A stretch of 64,000 nucleotides of DNA from a virus, in the IMG/VR virus record IMGVR_UViG_3300025687_000029, positions 31,667 through 95,666 of that record. One strand, 5' to 3'. This document shows, piece after piece, positions 1 to 6,995 of the stretch. Below the pieces are notes generated by a model. It made no database searches and was not told the origin of the DNA. It saw only the letters and a list, made by a program, of their open reading frames with translations. Made by a program: the position numbers and the translations under genes. The stretch's first letter is position 1, and the number at the start of each line of letters is the position of its first letter.

Positions 1-2
1 TC

Positions 3-122
3 AAAGCCAGGCCTGGTCAGGCAGGGGGATTTAAAAACGCTAAACCTCTACCAGAAGTAACTGAATTAACAGTAGCTGAAATATCTAAATTATTAGGAAA
101 AACAGTTAAAATCATTAAATAA
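3..122 (+). CDS. 3' end of hypothetical phage protein (truncated by window edge)
   Basis: Open frame KARPGQAGGFKNAKPLPEVTELTVAEISKLLGKTVKIIK*; the C-terminal ELTVAEISKLLG..VKII tail is common in phage hypotheticals. Confidence 0.7.
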   Translation, partial: KARPGQAGGFKNAKPLPEVTELTVAEISKLLGKTVKIIK

Positions 123-179
123 TTGAGAAGATTAAACTACTCCCTTTATTAACTATTATGAATTTAAACCATAACAACT

Positions 180-428
180 ATGAACATATATCTACTAAAA
201 CAAGACCTTATAACAGGAAAAGATACCTATAACTCAGCAATAGTTATAGCAGATACAATAGAAGAAGCTAAAAGTATTCATCCTGCTAATTATACAGATA
301 AAAACTATTGGTGTGAATATACCTGGCCTTCTAGAGATCAATTAGATCATATCAAAGTAATTCAATTGGGAATTGCTTATGCTCACCTAAAGAAAGGTGT
401 AGTATTATCATCATTAAATATAGATTAA
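180..428 (+). CDS. hypothetical protein
   Basis: 82 aa ORF, A-rich leader, typical phage codon usage. Confidence 0.75.
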   Translation: MNIYLLKQDLITGKDTYNSAIVIADTIEEAKSIHPANYTDKNYWCEYTWPSRDQLDHIKVIQLGIAYAHLKKGVVLSSLNID

Positions 429-445
429 ACTTAAAAAGAACTACT

Positions 446-709
446 ATGAAAGTCCTATTTACAGATACATGTAATATGTTTGAATCAGCTAACCCTGTTG
501 CAAACTTAGTCGAAGTATTTAATACTTCTGAAACTATAATGAAGAAATTAGAATTATCTCAGGTTGGAGTCAGTCGAAGAGGTGGATCTTGGCGTGAAAT
601 AATGGATGATGGAAATATTAAATTTAATCACCTATCTAAAGGTAAAAAAAGTGATTATGATTCTAGTGACTATGATCTAGAGTATAAATTAATTAGTGGA
701 AATTATTAA
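446..709 (+). CDS. hypothetical protein
   Basis: 87 aa ORF in a tightly packed run. Confidence 0.7.
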   Translation: MKVLFTDTCNMFESANPVANLVEVFNTSETIMKKLELSQVGVSRRGGSWREIMDDGNIKFNHLSKGKKSDYDSSDYDLEYKLISGNY

Positions 710-726
710 TTCTAAACTTAAGAATT

Positions 727-978
727 ATGACAATCTCATTAATACTTATAATTATATTATTAAGTTGTATAGCCACATTAGCATTTGTTAAAATAAACAG
801 ATTTATTGTATTATTGATGTGTACATCAGTATTAGTAAATATTCTAACATTGATGGATTATACAACAAAAGAAACCTACCAAAAAGCTCTAACTAATAAC
901 CCTTATGAAATGGTTATATTATATGATATTGAAAAACAACCAGTAGATACAATCTATAAACTAAAGAAAGATGAATAA
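727..978 (+). CDS. small membrane protein (2 TM)
   Basis: Two hydrophobic N-terminal segments. Confidence 0.7.
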   Translation: MTISLILIIILLSCIATLAFVKINRFIVLLMCTSVLVNILTLMDYTTKETYQKALTNNPYEMVILYDIEKQPVDTIYKLKKDE

Positions 979-1030
979 ACTACCAAAATAGTTTGAAAAT
1001 AGATGGTTTTAACTTTAAAAAACTAAAATT

Positions 1031-1204
1031 ATGTATACAGAAGAACAAGCAAAAGAATTAGCTGAAAACTTAGACATTCTTTCTAATGGAAGTGTTCAAT
1101 ATATAGTAGAATTTTTATTATCTAATAAAGATAGAACTATAGAAGAAATGATAGAGCATACTAACTATGCAGTTGATATGCTGATAAACTGTATTGAAGA
1201 ATAA
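1031..1204 (+). CDS. small acidic hypothetical protein (57 aa, not in ORF track)
   Basis: Hand translation MYTEEQAKELAENLDILSNGSVQYIVEFLL...NCIEE*, AAAATT-ATG leader. Confidence 0.7.
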   Translation: MYTEEQAKELAENLDILSNGSVQYIVEFLLSNKDRTIEEMIEHTNYAVDMLINCIEE

Positions 1205-2030
1205 AGTGCCATATTGCACATACTCATCCTAAATGGTTGCCATGCTATAATTATTAGGTATGTGCTGTCAACACTTTAATACAATCTTTTGGTGGTTGGT
1301 TTACGTGGAGAATATGGATTGGGGAAAGTATTGGTGAAAGGCCAATAATTAGATTGTATTTTAAACAATGATAATGTTAGCAAATCGTTGTACCTAAAAA
1401 GGTTTTATAGCTAACGGCAAACTCTAAATTAACACCAAGAGTTATTTTGGTCATAAGTAGATTCATTTCATCTACATTGCGTCCCACTCTGAAAGGAGAT
1501 TAAGCTGAATTGACAGTCTCGCAGTAATTTATTAGAATTTTATAATCAAGATTTAGGAGGTGTTATAGGGGATATAGTAATTAAGTGGAAAATCAGGGTC
1601 TTCATCGTCGCTGTTGTCTGTTCGAGCCAGGCTATCCCCACTAATTAACAATATTCGATAGGGGTATGGAACATCACTATACTAATTCTAGTTAATGCGA
1701 ATTATATAAAATGGAAACCTTTATATACTAGATTTAAAAAGGTGAAAACTTGGTAATAAATTAATCTCCTTTTACCAAGGATCATTATAGATATAGACTT
1801 TGGAGCCATATTAACTTATTTCTATAGATAAATCTAGTGAGTAAGTTTCTAAGTTATTATGGATGATAGAACGATAACTGAAGCTAGTTAAACTAAGAGT
1901 AAAATAAACTCCAAGTAGTTAGTCTACAATTGTCTCAATAAGATGGTTTAGGGTTTAATCCAAATTGAGAACTCTTAGTTTATTTTTAATAAAAAACTAA
2001 TTAACAATTAAATATTCACAAAAAATTTAA
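1205..2030 (+). ncRNA. ORF-free region of consecutive stem-loops; probable small structured RNA cluster
   Basis: Closing stems include GCACATAC 1216/GTATGTGC 1258, AATACAATCT 1278/AGATTGTATT 1351, CTTGGTAA 1749/TTACCAAG 1772 and AACTAAGAGT 1891/ACTCTTAGTT 1971. Confidence 0.5.
1568..1640 (+). tRNA. tRNA-like gene/pseudo-tRNA, anticodon arm degenerate (CAT or TCA readable), no encoded CCA
   Basis: Acceptor GGGGATA/TATCCCC, T-arm GTCTG-TTCGAGC-CAGGC, D-loop GG; anticodon stem does not pair canonically. Confidence 0.65.
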
Positions 2031-2034
2031 AGTT

Positions 2035-2319
2035 ATGAATGTATTTTATTCAATGATATTACTAACACCTAAGCAATTTATTGATAAGTTTAAAATTTAT
2101 GATACAATTGTTTTAGGTGCATTAAATGAAACTAATGTAAAAGGGCTAAGTAATGATTTTTACGTAGATAAAGTCTTACCTAAAGTTAGAGAATCAATAC
2201 CTAATTTAAGTATTGCTGCGAAGCCAATTACTAAAGACAGAACCCTATGGCTTATCTCTACTAAAAATTTAGATAAAGAGAATATAAAACAATTAAATAT
2301 AGTATTAACTAAAATTTAA
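2035..2319 (+). CDS. hypothetical protein
   Basis: 94 aa ORF with long A-rich leader. Confidence 0.7.
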   Translation: MNVFYSMILLTPKQFIDKFKIYDTIVLGALNETNVKGLSNDFYVDKVLPKVRESIPNLSIAAKPITKDRTLWLISTKNLDKENIKQLNIVLTKI

Positions 2320-2326
2320 AGGAGTT

Positions 2327-2785
2327 ATGAAACTTAAATATTACAGAGGAAATATTCTTCCTCCAGAAGATGACAATCTTCCTAAATATTGGGCAGTTGT
2401 TAATGACAATTCTGAATTATATATTAATGTTGTGGTTGGTTATGTGAATAAATATTATGGGGGAGGACATTCTGCATTAAAACCAGAAAATTATTGCAAA
2501 TTTCATGGAAGATTAGATGATTATGGATGCACTAATGGAAGTCATATGAATTATATGAAATCTGAGTTAAAAATTTTATCCATAGAAGAATTCATAAAAC
2601 TTACCCAACCACAAGTTGATTTTGAGATGTTGAAAGGAACGTTACAACATTTAAGACATGATCTACAATATATGATGGTAGAAGATAAATGTATTGATAA
2701 TGTTGAACTATTCTTCCACCTATTATCAACTAAACCAACATTTGCAGCTAAAGCACATGAGGAGTTAAAACGATTAAACAAATAA
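2327..2785 (+). CDS. hypothetical protein
   Basis: 152 aa ORF. Confidence 0.75.
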   Translation: MKLKYYRGNILPPEDDNLPKYWAVVNDNSELYINVVVGYVNKYYGGGHSALKPENYCKFHGRLDDYGCTNGSHMNYMKSELKILSIEEFIKLTQPQVDFEMLKGTLQHLRHDLQYMMVEDKCIDNVELFFHLLSTKPTFAAKAHEELKRLNK

Positions 2786-2787
2786 CT

Positions 2788-2913
2788 ATGAAAAGATATA
2801 CAGTAATAAATAACAAAACAGGTTATAAAAGCAATTATAGTTACTTTATGTGGAATTTAGCTTGGAGTTTGGTGTTTATATTTGGAGTATTAACAGGTAT
2901 ATTTATATCTTAA
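2788..2913 (+). CDS. small membrane protein (41 aa, not in ORF track)
   Basis: MKRYTVINNKTGYKSNYSYFMWNLAWSLVFIFGVLTGIFIS*; fills the gap between neighbours. Confidence 0.6.
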   Translation: MKRYTVINNKTGYKSNYSYFMWNLAWSLVFIFGVLTGIFIS

Positions 2914-2923
2914 ATAAATAACT

Positions 2924-3355
2924 ATGGAACTAGAATTAGTAGACTTTTCTTTAGCCCAGGAGCTAAAAGAAGTTGGGTTTAAGGAATTATGCTTTTATTA
3001 TTATGAAGATGAAAAACTAAAAGAACCTTATTTAGAAAATGGAAGCTCAACAGATACAGACTTTAGAGTTGATTTGGAAGACTTGCGAGACAATTACAAT
3101 TATTTGTCTTATAGATGTAACGCTCCGTATCTCGAAGAAGCTAAAATGTGGTTTAGGGAAGTACATGAGATTGATATATGTATTAATCCACACTATAAAA
3201 CTAACAACGACATAGCAGGATTTATGGTAGATGTTTACATTAGAAAAGTAAAATACAACTCACATAAATACGGTGATGCTAAAGATACCTACAACCAAGC
3301 TCTATCATCAGGATTAAAGGAGGCGTGTAAACTAATTAAGAACCAATTAAGATGA
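2924..3355 (+). CDS. conserved hypothetical Bacteroidota-phage protein
   Basis: FSLAQELKEVGF...AP...WFRE.H.I...TY..AL..GL pattern familiar from Bacteroidota phages. Confidence 0.8.
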   Translation: MELELVDFSLAQELKEVGFKELCFYYYEDEKLKEPYLENGSSTDTDFRVDLEDLRDNYNYLSYRCNAPYLEEAKMWFREVHEIDICINPHYKTNNDIAGFMVDVYIRKVKYNSHKYGDAKDTYNQALSSGLKEACKLIKNQLR

Positions 3356-3525
3356 AAGCAAATAAAACATATCAGGAAAAAGTTGATGATTATGTTAAAC
3401 AACAAGTAGAATTAGCTAAAGAAAATGACGTTACTGGTATAATTGTGATAGACCACTCACATATTATCTCAGATAAAGACAAAGAAGAGTTAATTAAACT
3501 AAGTGAATTAATTAAAACTGATTAA
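3352..3525 (+). CDS. hypothetical protein (57 aa, not in ORF track)
   Basis: MKANKTYQEKVDDYVKQQVELAKENDVTGIIVIDHSH...; ATGA overlap with the upstream stop. Confidence 0.6.
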   Translation: MKANKTYQEKVDDYVKQQVELAKENDVTGIIVIDHSHIISDKDKEELIKLSELIKTD

Positions 3526-3526
3526 G

Positions 3527-4162
3527 ATGAAAGCAAAAGTAATAATGTTGGATAGTAAAACGAGTACTATCCACAAACATCAAAAAGAATTAAAAATTAC
3601 AAAGTTTGAATTAGAAGAAACTGATTTTTTTATACCCCAATATTTATATCTAACCAACCCAAATGCTAAAATTGAAGTTGGAGATTATTTTATTAAAGAT
3701 AAAATGGTTTGTCAATGTAATGAAACTACTCAGAATGAGTTAGGCTGTATTCCCGACAATGAAGTATATTGTAATACTCAAACTTATTTTGATAGAAGAA
3801 ATTGTGTTAAAATAATAGCAACTACTAATTCTTCTTTAAGAATATTATTTGAAGGTCAAGAAGTATTAGAAGAACCTTATCCATTATCAGAACAATCAAT
3901 CAAATTATTAGTAGATTACTACAATAGAAAAGGTAAAATGCCTGATGAGGTTGAGGTTAATTTTGAATACATAAATAAACCAATGAGTGACTTATTTTTA
4001 GACAAAACTATAAAACTAAACTCCAAAGGAGAAGTAGATATTATTATTCCTGAAGAAAAGATGTATAGTAGGGAAGAGGTTGAAACTTTGCTTACTAATA
4101 TGGGTATTGATGCATTATTGCCTGAAGAAGAAGTTGATGAATGGATTAATGAAAACTTATAA
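3527..4162 (+). CDS. hypothetical protein
   Basis: 211 aa ORF; IEVGDYF, KIIATT and MYSREEV motifs typical of Flavobacteria-phage hypotheticals. Confidence 0.8.
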   Translation: MKAKVIMLDSKTSTIHKHQKELKITKFELEETDFFIPQYLYLTNPNAKIEVGDYFIKDKMVCQCNETTQNELGCIPDNEVYCNTQTYFDRRNCVKIIATTNSSLRILFEGQEVLEEPYPLSEQSIKLLVDYYNRKGKMPDEVEVNFEYINKPMSDLFLDKTIKLNSKGEVDIIIPEEKMYSREEVETLLTNMGIDALLPEEEVDEWINENL

Positions 4163-4198
4163 AAACCTAAGAGTAGGTAACTTTTGAATTTTGGAAAT

Positions 4199-4226
4199 AA
4201 GGAGAGTTGTGCGACTCTCCTTTTTA
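4199..4226 (+). terminator. Rho-independent terminator
   Basis: AAGGAGAGT-TGTGCG-ACTCTCCTT followed by a T-run. Confidence 0.85.
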
Positions 4227-4237
4227 ATTTTAAAACT

Positions 4238-4363
4238 ATGAAAAAACTATCACTAAAAGATCTAGAGCTGGAATTATTAGCTATTGCTTTACCGGGGACT
4301 AAAGTAAATGTGCTGTATTACAGTTCTATATTAGATAAAAGAGAAATTATCTATTTAAACTAA
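4238..4363 (+). CDS. small hypothetical protein (41 aa, not in ORF track)
   Basis: MKKLSLKDLELELLAIALPGTKVNVLYYSSILDKREIIYLN*; AAACT-ATG leader. Confidence 0.55.
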   Translation: MKKLSLKDLELELLAIALPGTKVNVLYYSSILDKREIIYLN

Positions 4364-4368
4364 CAATT

Positions 4369-4752
4369 ATGAGAAAAGTATTATTATTGACTATTATCAT
4401 TCTAGGAATGATTAGTTGTGACAAAGAGGAACTAGTACCAATAAAAGAAACTACAACTAGAGACTCATTAATAAATGAGCTTGTAGATTTAAATACAATT
4501 TATACAGGAAGAAGTAAGTACAAATATACAATTAGATTAACAGAACAATGGTCAGATACTTCAGGATTACTTGTAGTAAAAAGATATGGACCTATAACTG
4601 TTAAGGAATATAGAGGATATTTTGATGAAGATTTAAGATTTATAGAATTATATAAAAATCAAGATACAATACTTCAAATAAATAAATTTACTGTTGATAC
4701 ATTATATTTAACATATTATCCAGATATAAATTTAACAAAATTATGGAAGTAA
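4369..4752 (+). CDS. lipoprotein
   Basis: SPII signal MRKVLLLTIIILGMIS-C followed by DKEE. Confidence 0.8.
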   Translation: MRKVLLLTIIILGMISCDKEELVPIKETTTRDSLINELVDLNTIYTGRSKYKYTIRLTEQWSDTSGLLVVKRYGPITVKEYRGYFDEDLRFIELYKNQDTILQINKFTVDTLYLTYYPDINLTKLWK

Positions 4753-4820
4753 TTATAGGAATAGGAATATTAGTTTTTGCAATGATTTTAAGTTATCTGG
4801 TAGGAATTAGATTAACTAAA
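4743..4820 (+). CDS. 25 aa single-TM peptide (not in ORF track)
   Basis: MEVIIGIGILVFAMILSYLVGIRLN*. Confidence 0.45.
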
Positions 4821-4830
4821 ATTGAAGATA

Positions 4831-5007
4831 ATGGAGACACAGAAGCTTAAAGAACAACAAGATAAGATTCATAGTATAATGTTACAATTTTCTAAGGAAG
4901 ATAAGACTTCGGAGATTGATGTTATACTTATGAATCTTATTACAATCTCAAAAGAAATTAACAATTTAATCAATAAATCAATAGTAGGAGATATTGAAGA
5001 TCATTGA
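4831..5007 (+). CDS. hypothetical protein
   Basis: ORF track entry 4822; ATG at 4831 preferred. Confidence 0.55.
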   Translation: METQKLKEQQDKIHSIMLQFSKEDKTSEIDVILMNLITISKEINNLINKSIVGDIEDH

Positions 5008-5104
5008 GAAAAGATAGAGTAGATTAAACTCATCGAAGTATAATGACAATTCTAATACTATTAACAATTAAATCAATATTAATAATTATTAAATTTTAGA
5101 AATT

Positions 5105-5476
5105 ATGAAAACACAAGTAGCAGTAACAGTTAGAGATTTTGTAAATGGTGAAGTAGATAAAAATGGTAAAAGCCCTGTATTATTATATGTATTGGGTGGA
5201 AAATGTCCTAATAGAAATGTATTATCAGGTACATTTGCTGAAAATGAAGGATTTGAAATAGGTAAATCTTATTTAGTTCAAGTAACAGAAAGAGAAGAAG
5301 ATCCTACTTATGGTAGACAGTTTCAATTTACTAAAATAGGTGAATTGAATACTCTGGACCTTATTGGAATAGCGGATAAGCTTGGAGAACCTACAATGAT
5401 AGATGTAACTGTTAAAGCTGAAATATCTGCTCCTGCTGATATTAAAGCAAAGACAACATCTGATGATGTACTTTAA
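5105..5476 (+). CDS. hypothetical protein, possibly OB-fold-like
   Basis: 123 aa beta-rich ORF with long A-rich leader and its own terminator. Confidence 0.75.
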   Translation: MKTQVAVTVRDFVNGEVDKNGKSPVLLYVLGGKCPNRNVLSGTFAENEGFEIGKSYLVQVTEREEDPTYGRQFQFTKIGELNTLDLIGIADKLGEPTMIDVTVKAEISAPADIKAKTTSDDVL

Positions 5477-5487
5477 ATAAAACAATT

Positions 5488-5513
5488 AAGAGGAGTTTAA
5501 TACTCCTCTTTTT
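5488..5513 (+). terminator. Rho-independent terminator
   Basis: AAGAGGAGT-TTAAT-ACTCCTCTT-TTT. Confidence 0.85.
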
Positions 5514-5537
5514 CACAAATATTTACTAAATTTGTGA
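5513..5537 (+). promoter_or_regulatory. Bacteroidota -7 promoter element TAAATTTG (5527-5534) inside an 8-bp inverted repeat
   Basis: TAnnTTTG consensus about 10 nt upstream of the tRNA-like gene; TCACAAAT 5513-5520 / ATTTGTGA 5530-5537. Confidence 0.55.
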
Positions 5538-5543
5538 CATTTT

Positions 5544-5629
5544 GGTCCAGAAGTTCATATGGTAGAATGTTGCCGGGTATACGTTAAATAATTATGGCAG
5601 AGGTATAGGTTCAAATCCTATCTGGACTA
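5544..5629 (+). tRNA. tRNA-like gene with a 21-nt expanded anticodon loop, no encoded CCA
   Basis: Acceptor GGTCCAG/CTGGACT, D-arm GTTC-ATATGGTA-GAAT, anticodon stem TTGCC/GGCAG, T-arm ATAGG-TTCAAAT-CCTAT. Confidence 0.75.
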
Positions 5630-5697
5630 CTAAAAATCACTCATTTTGATTTTCATAATAATGGTTTATATAAGTTTTGATTGATGAGTTGCAGTAT

Positions 5698-5724
5698 AGG
5701 TAGGTTTGAGTGAGCCTACCTTTT
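5698..5724 (+). terminator. Rho-independent terminator
   Basis: AGGTAGGT...GCCTACCT-TTT. Confidence 0.75.
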
Positions 5725-5769
5725 AATAGAAATTTAGCGAACTGTGATGAAACATTTTAGCAAACTGAT

Positions 5770-5830
5770 TGCTAACGATGGGTACATGAAGCGTATGAGG
5801 CACGAATATGATTTATGTACCGTATTAGGT
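5770..5830 (+). repeat. attC-like site 1 (~61 bp)
   Basis: TGCTAAC - GGTACATGAAGCGTAT - GAGGCACGA - ATATGATTTATGTACC - GT - ATTAGGT. Confidence 0.7.
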
Positions 5831-5910
5831 GTCTGTATTTATTTTTTTAAGGGAGGGTTGTTTTATTGGAATGTTATTTGTTTGTTTGTTACAAATTAAA
5901 ATATATAGCA

Positions 5911-6114
5911 ATGGGAAGAAAAATAGGTTCAATAGAAGCATTTGCGCTTCAAAACTTAAAACAAGGACAGTTTTTTTATACGCATAAACAAGACAAAGAT
6001 ATGACTGCAATTGCAGGATATTATAAAGTTAAAATAACAACCGAGAGAATGGTTGCTATTGATACTACAAGGCACGAAAGAATAGAATTTATAACTAAAG
6101 TAACAATACTATGA
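5911..6114 (+). CDS. hypothetical protein (cassette A, gene 1)
   Basis: ATG 5911 (MGRKIGS...) in frame with track ORF 5866. Confidence 0.7.
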   Translation: MGRKIGSIEAFALQNLKQGQFFYTHKQDKDMTAIAGYYKVKITTERMVAIDTTRHERIEFITKVTIL

Positions 6115-6296
6115 AAGATTTTAATTTTAACATCAGACTATTTTGTATATGGAGATGTTTTATGGCTTGTCAGTTTGAATTTACGATACTAAGCATAACA
6201 ATTGGTGAAACCGAAAGGAGTTTATTGTCTTATTTTAAAGACGATAGTAACAAAATACTCGACGTCTGTTTTTTTAGAGTGCGGTGGCAAAAATAA
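6111..6296 (+). CDS. hypothetical protein (cassette A, gene 2)
   Basis: ATGA overlap; stop codon lies in the cassette-end inverted repeat. Confidence 0.6.
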   Translation: MKDFNFNIRLFCIWRCFMACQFEFTILSITIGETERSLLSYFKDDSNKILDVCFFRVRWQK

Positions 6297-6302
6297 ATAT
6301 TG

Positions 6303-6434
6303 CACCTAACGTTTATAAATAATATTAGTAGCGTATGAAAAGAGATAAATATACAATAACCGACTATCTTCGATATGGTAGAAACCTTGCAAATTTGCTG
6401 TGGTGGAAGCTATTAATTTTATTTGGTATTAGGC
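6303..6434 (+). repeat. attC-like site 2 (~130 bp)
   Basis: CACCTAAC; arms AAATAATATTAGTAGC 6317-6332 / GCTATTAATTTTATTT 6409-6424; core ATTAGGC 6428-6434. Confidence 0.7.
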
Positions 6435-6646
6435 GTAGTGCTTCACCAATACCAGAAGGAGTGTACTGTTACGAACCTGATTATGTAGACACAAAAACAT
6501 TTACATATTACGTAAAGCCATGTAAATACTACAAAAACTTAGGGTACGGATGGAATGGATGTAGTTATTTAGGTGTGATTACGGATGATTTTGTATTTAA
6601 TGACCAATGCAAACTATGTAATGAGAATTATTGCAATATACACTAA
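6335..6646 (+). CDS. Cys-rich hypothetical protein starting inside attC-like site 2
   Basis: 103 aa; IPEGVYCY...CKYY...C...DQCKLC putative metal-binding C-terminal module. Confidence 0.75.
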   Translation: MKRDKYTITDYLRYGRNLANLLWWKLLILFGIRRSASPIPEGVYCYEPDYVDTKTFTYYVKPCKYYKNLGYGWNGCSYLGVITDDFVFNDQCKLCNENYCNIH

Positions 6647-6655
6647 CGGAATTAC

Positions 6656-6856
6656 GCCTAACGGTTGGGGTATGGCATGTAATTTTACGAATTTGAAACA
6701 CAAAATTATAATACGATGGAAAAAATAAAAGAAATAGTTGCAGATTTAATGGAATGTTATGATGGAACAGGAACACCAAACCAACATTACATAAAGAACA
6801 AAGTTACCGAGTTGCACAACATAGTTAAAAATATTAATTATGACACTGTGTTAGCA
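6656..6856 (+). repeat. attC-like site 3 (~200 bp, imperfect arms)
   Basis: GCCTAAC 6656-6662 ... GTTAGCA 6850-6856; inner arms pair only partly. Confidence 0.5.
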
Positions 6857-6943
6857 CCTGTTATTTGTGATTGGTGCGAAAAAGACATTACAAACAAAAG
6901 TAAAATTTGTGCAGATTGTGCAGATAGAATGAATGAGCATTAA
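6716..6943 (+). CDS. small protein with C-terminal CxxC..CxxC zinc ribbon, starting inside attC-like site 3
   Basis: CDWC...CADC follows the YDTV|LAPV junction. Confidence 0.75.
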   Translation: MEKIKEIVADLMECYDGTGTPNQHYIKNKVTELHNIVKNINYDTVLAPVICDWCEKDITNKSKICADCADRMNEH

Positions 6944-6995
6944 TGGTTGCTAACTATTATATATTAATAATATCAATAAAATAAATACTTATACT

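Larger units (their letters stand above)
5733..6954 (+). mobile_element. integron-like gene cassette array (3 cassettes, attC-like sites, no integrase in window)
   Basis: Cassette ends are mutually complementary core/inverse-core sites, separated by fold-back elements starting with CTAAC and ending with (G/A)TTAG; CG dinucleotides are visibly more frequent than in the flanks. Confidence 0.7.

Noticed and set aside
1375-1417. TGTTAGC...GCTAACGG as another integron cassette
   Set aside because: A core/inverse-core-like pair is present but no flanking attC-type arms were found; could be a chance 6-bp stem
1205-2030. CRISPR array or mini-array
   Set aside because: Hairpins differ in sequence; no repeated direct-repeat unit with spacers
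5575-5595. Self-splicing intron in the tRNA anticodon loop
   Set aside because: Only ~14 extra nt, far too short for a group I/II intron, and no clear bulge-helix-bulge
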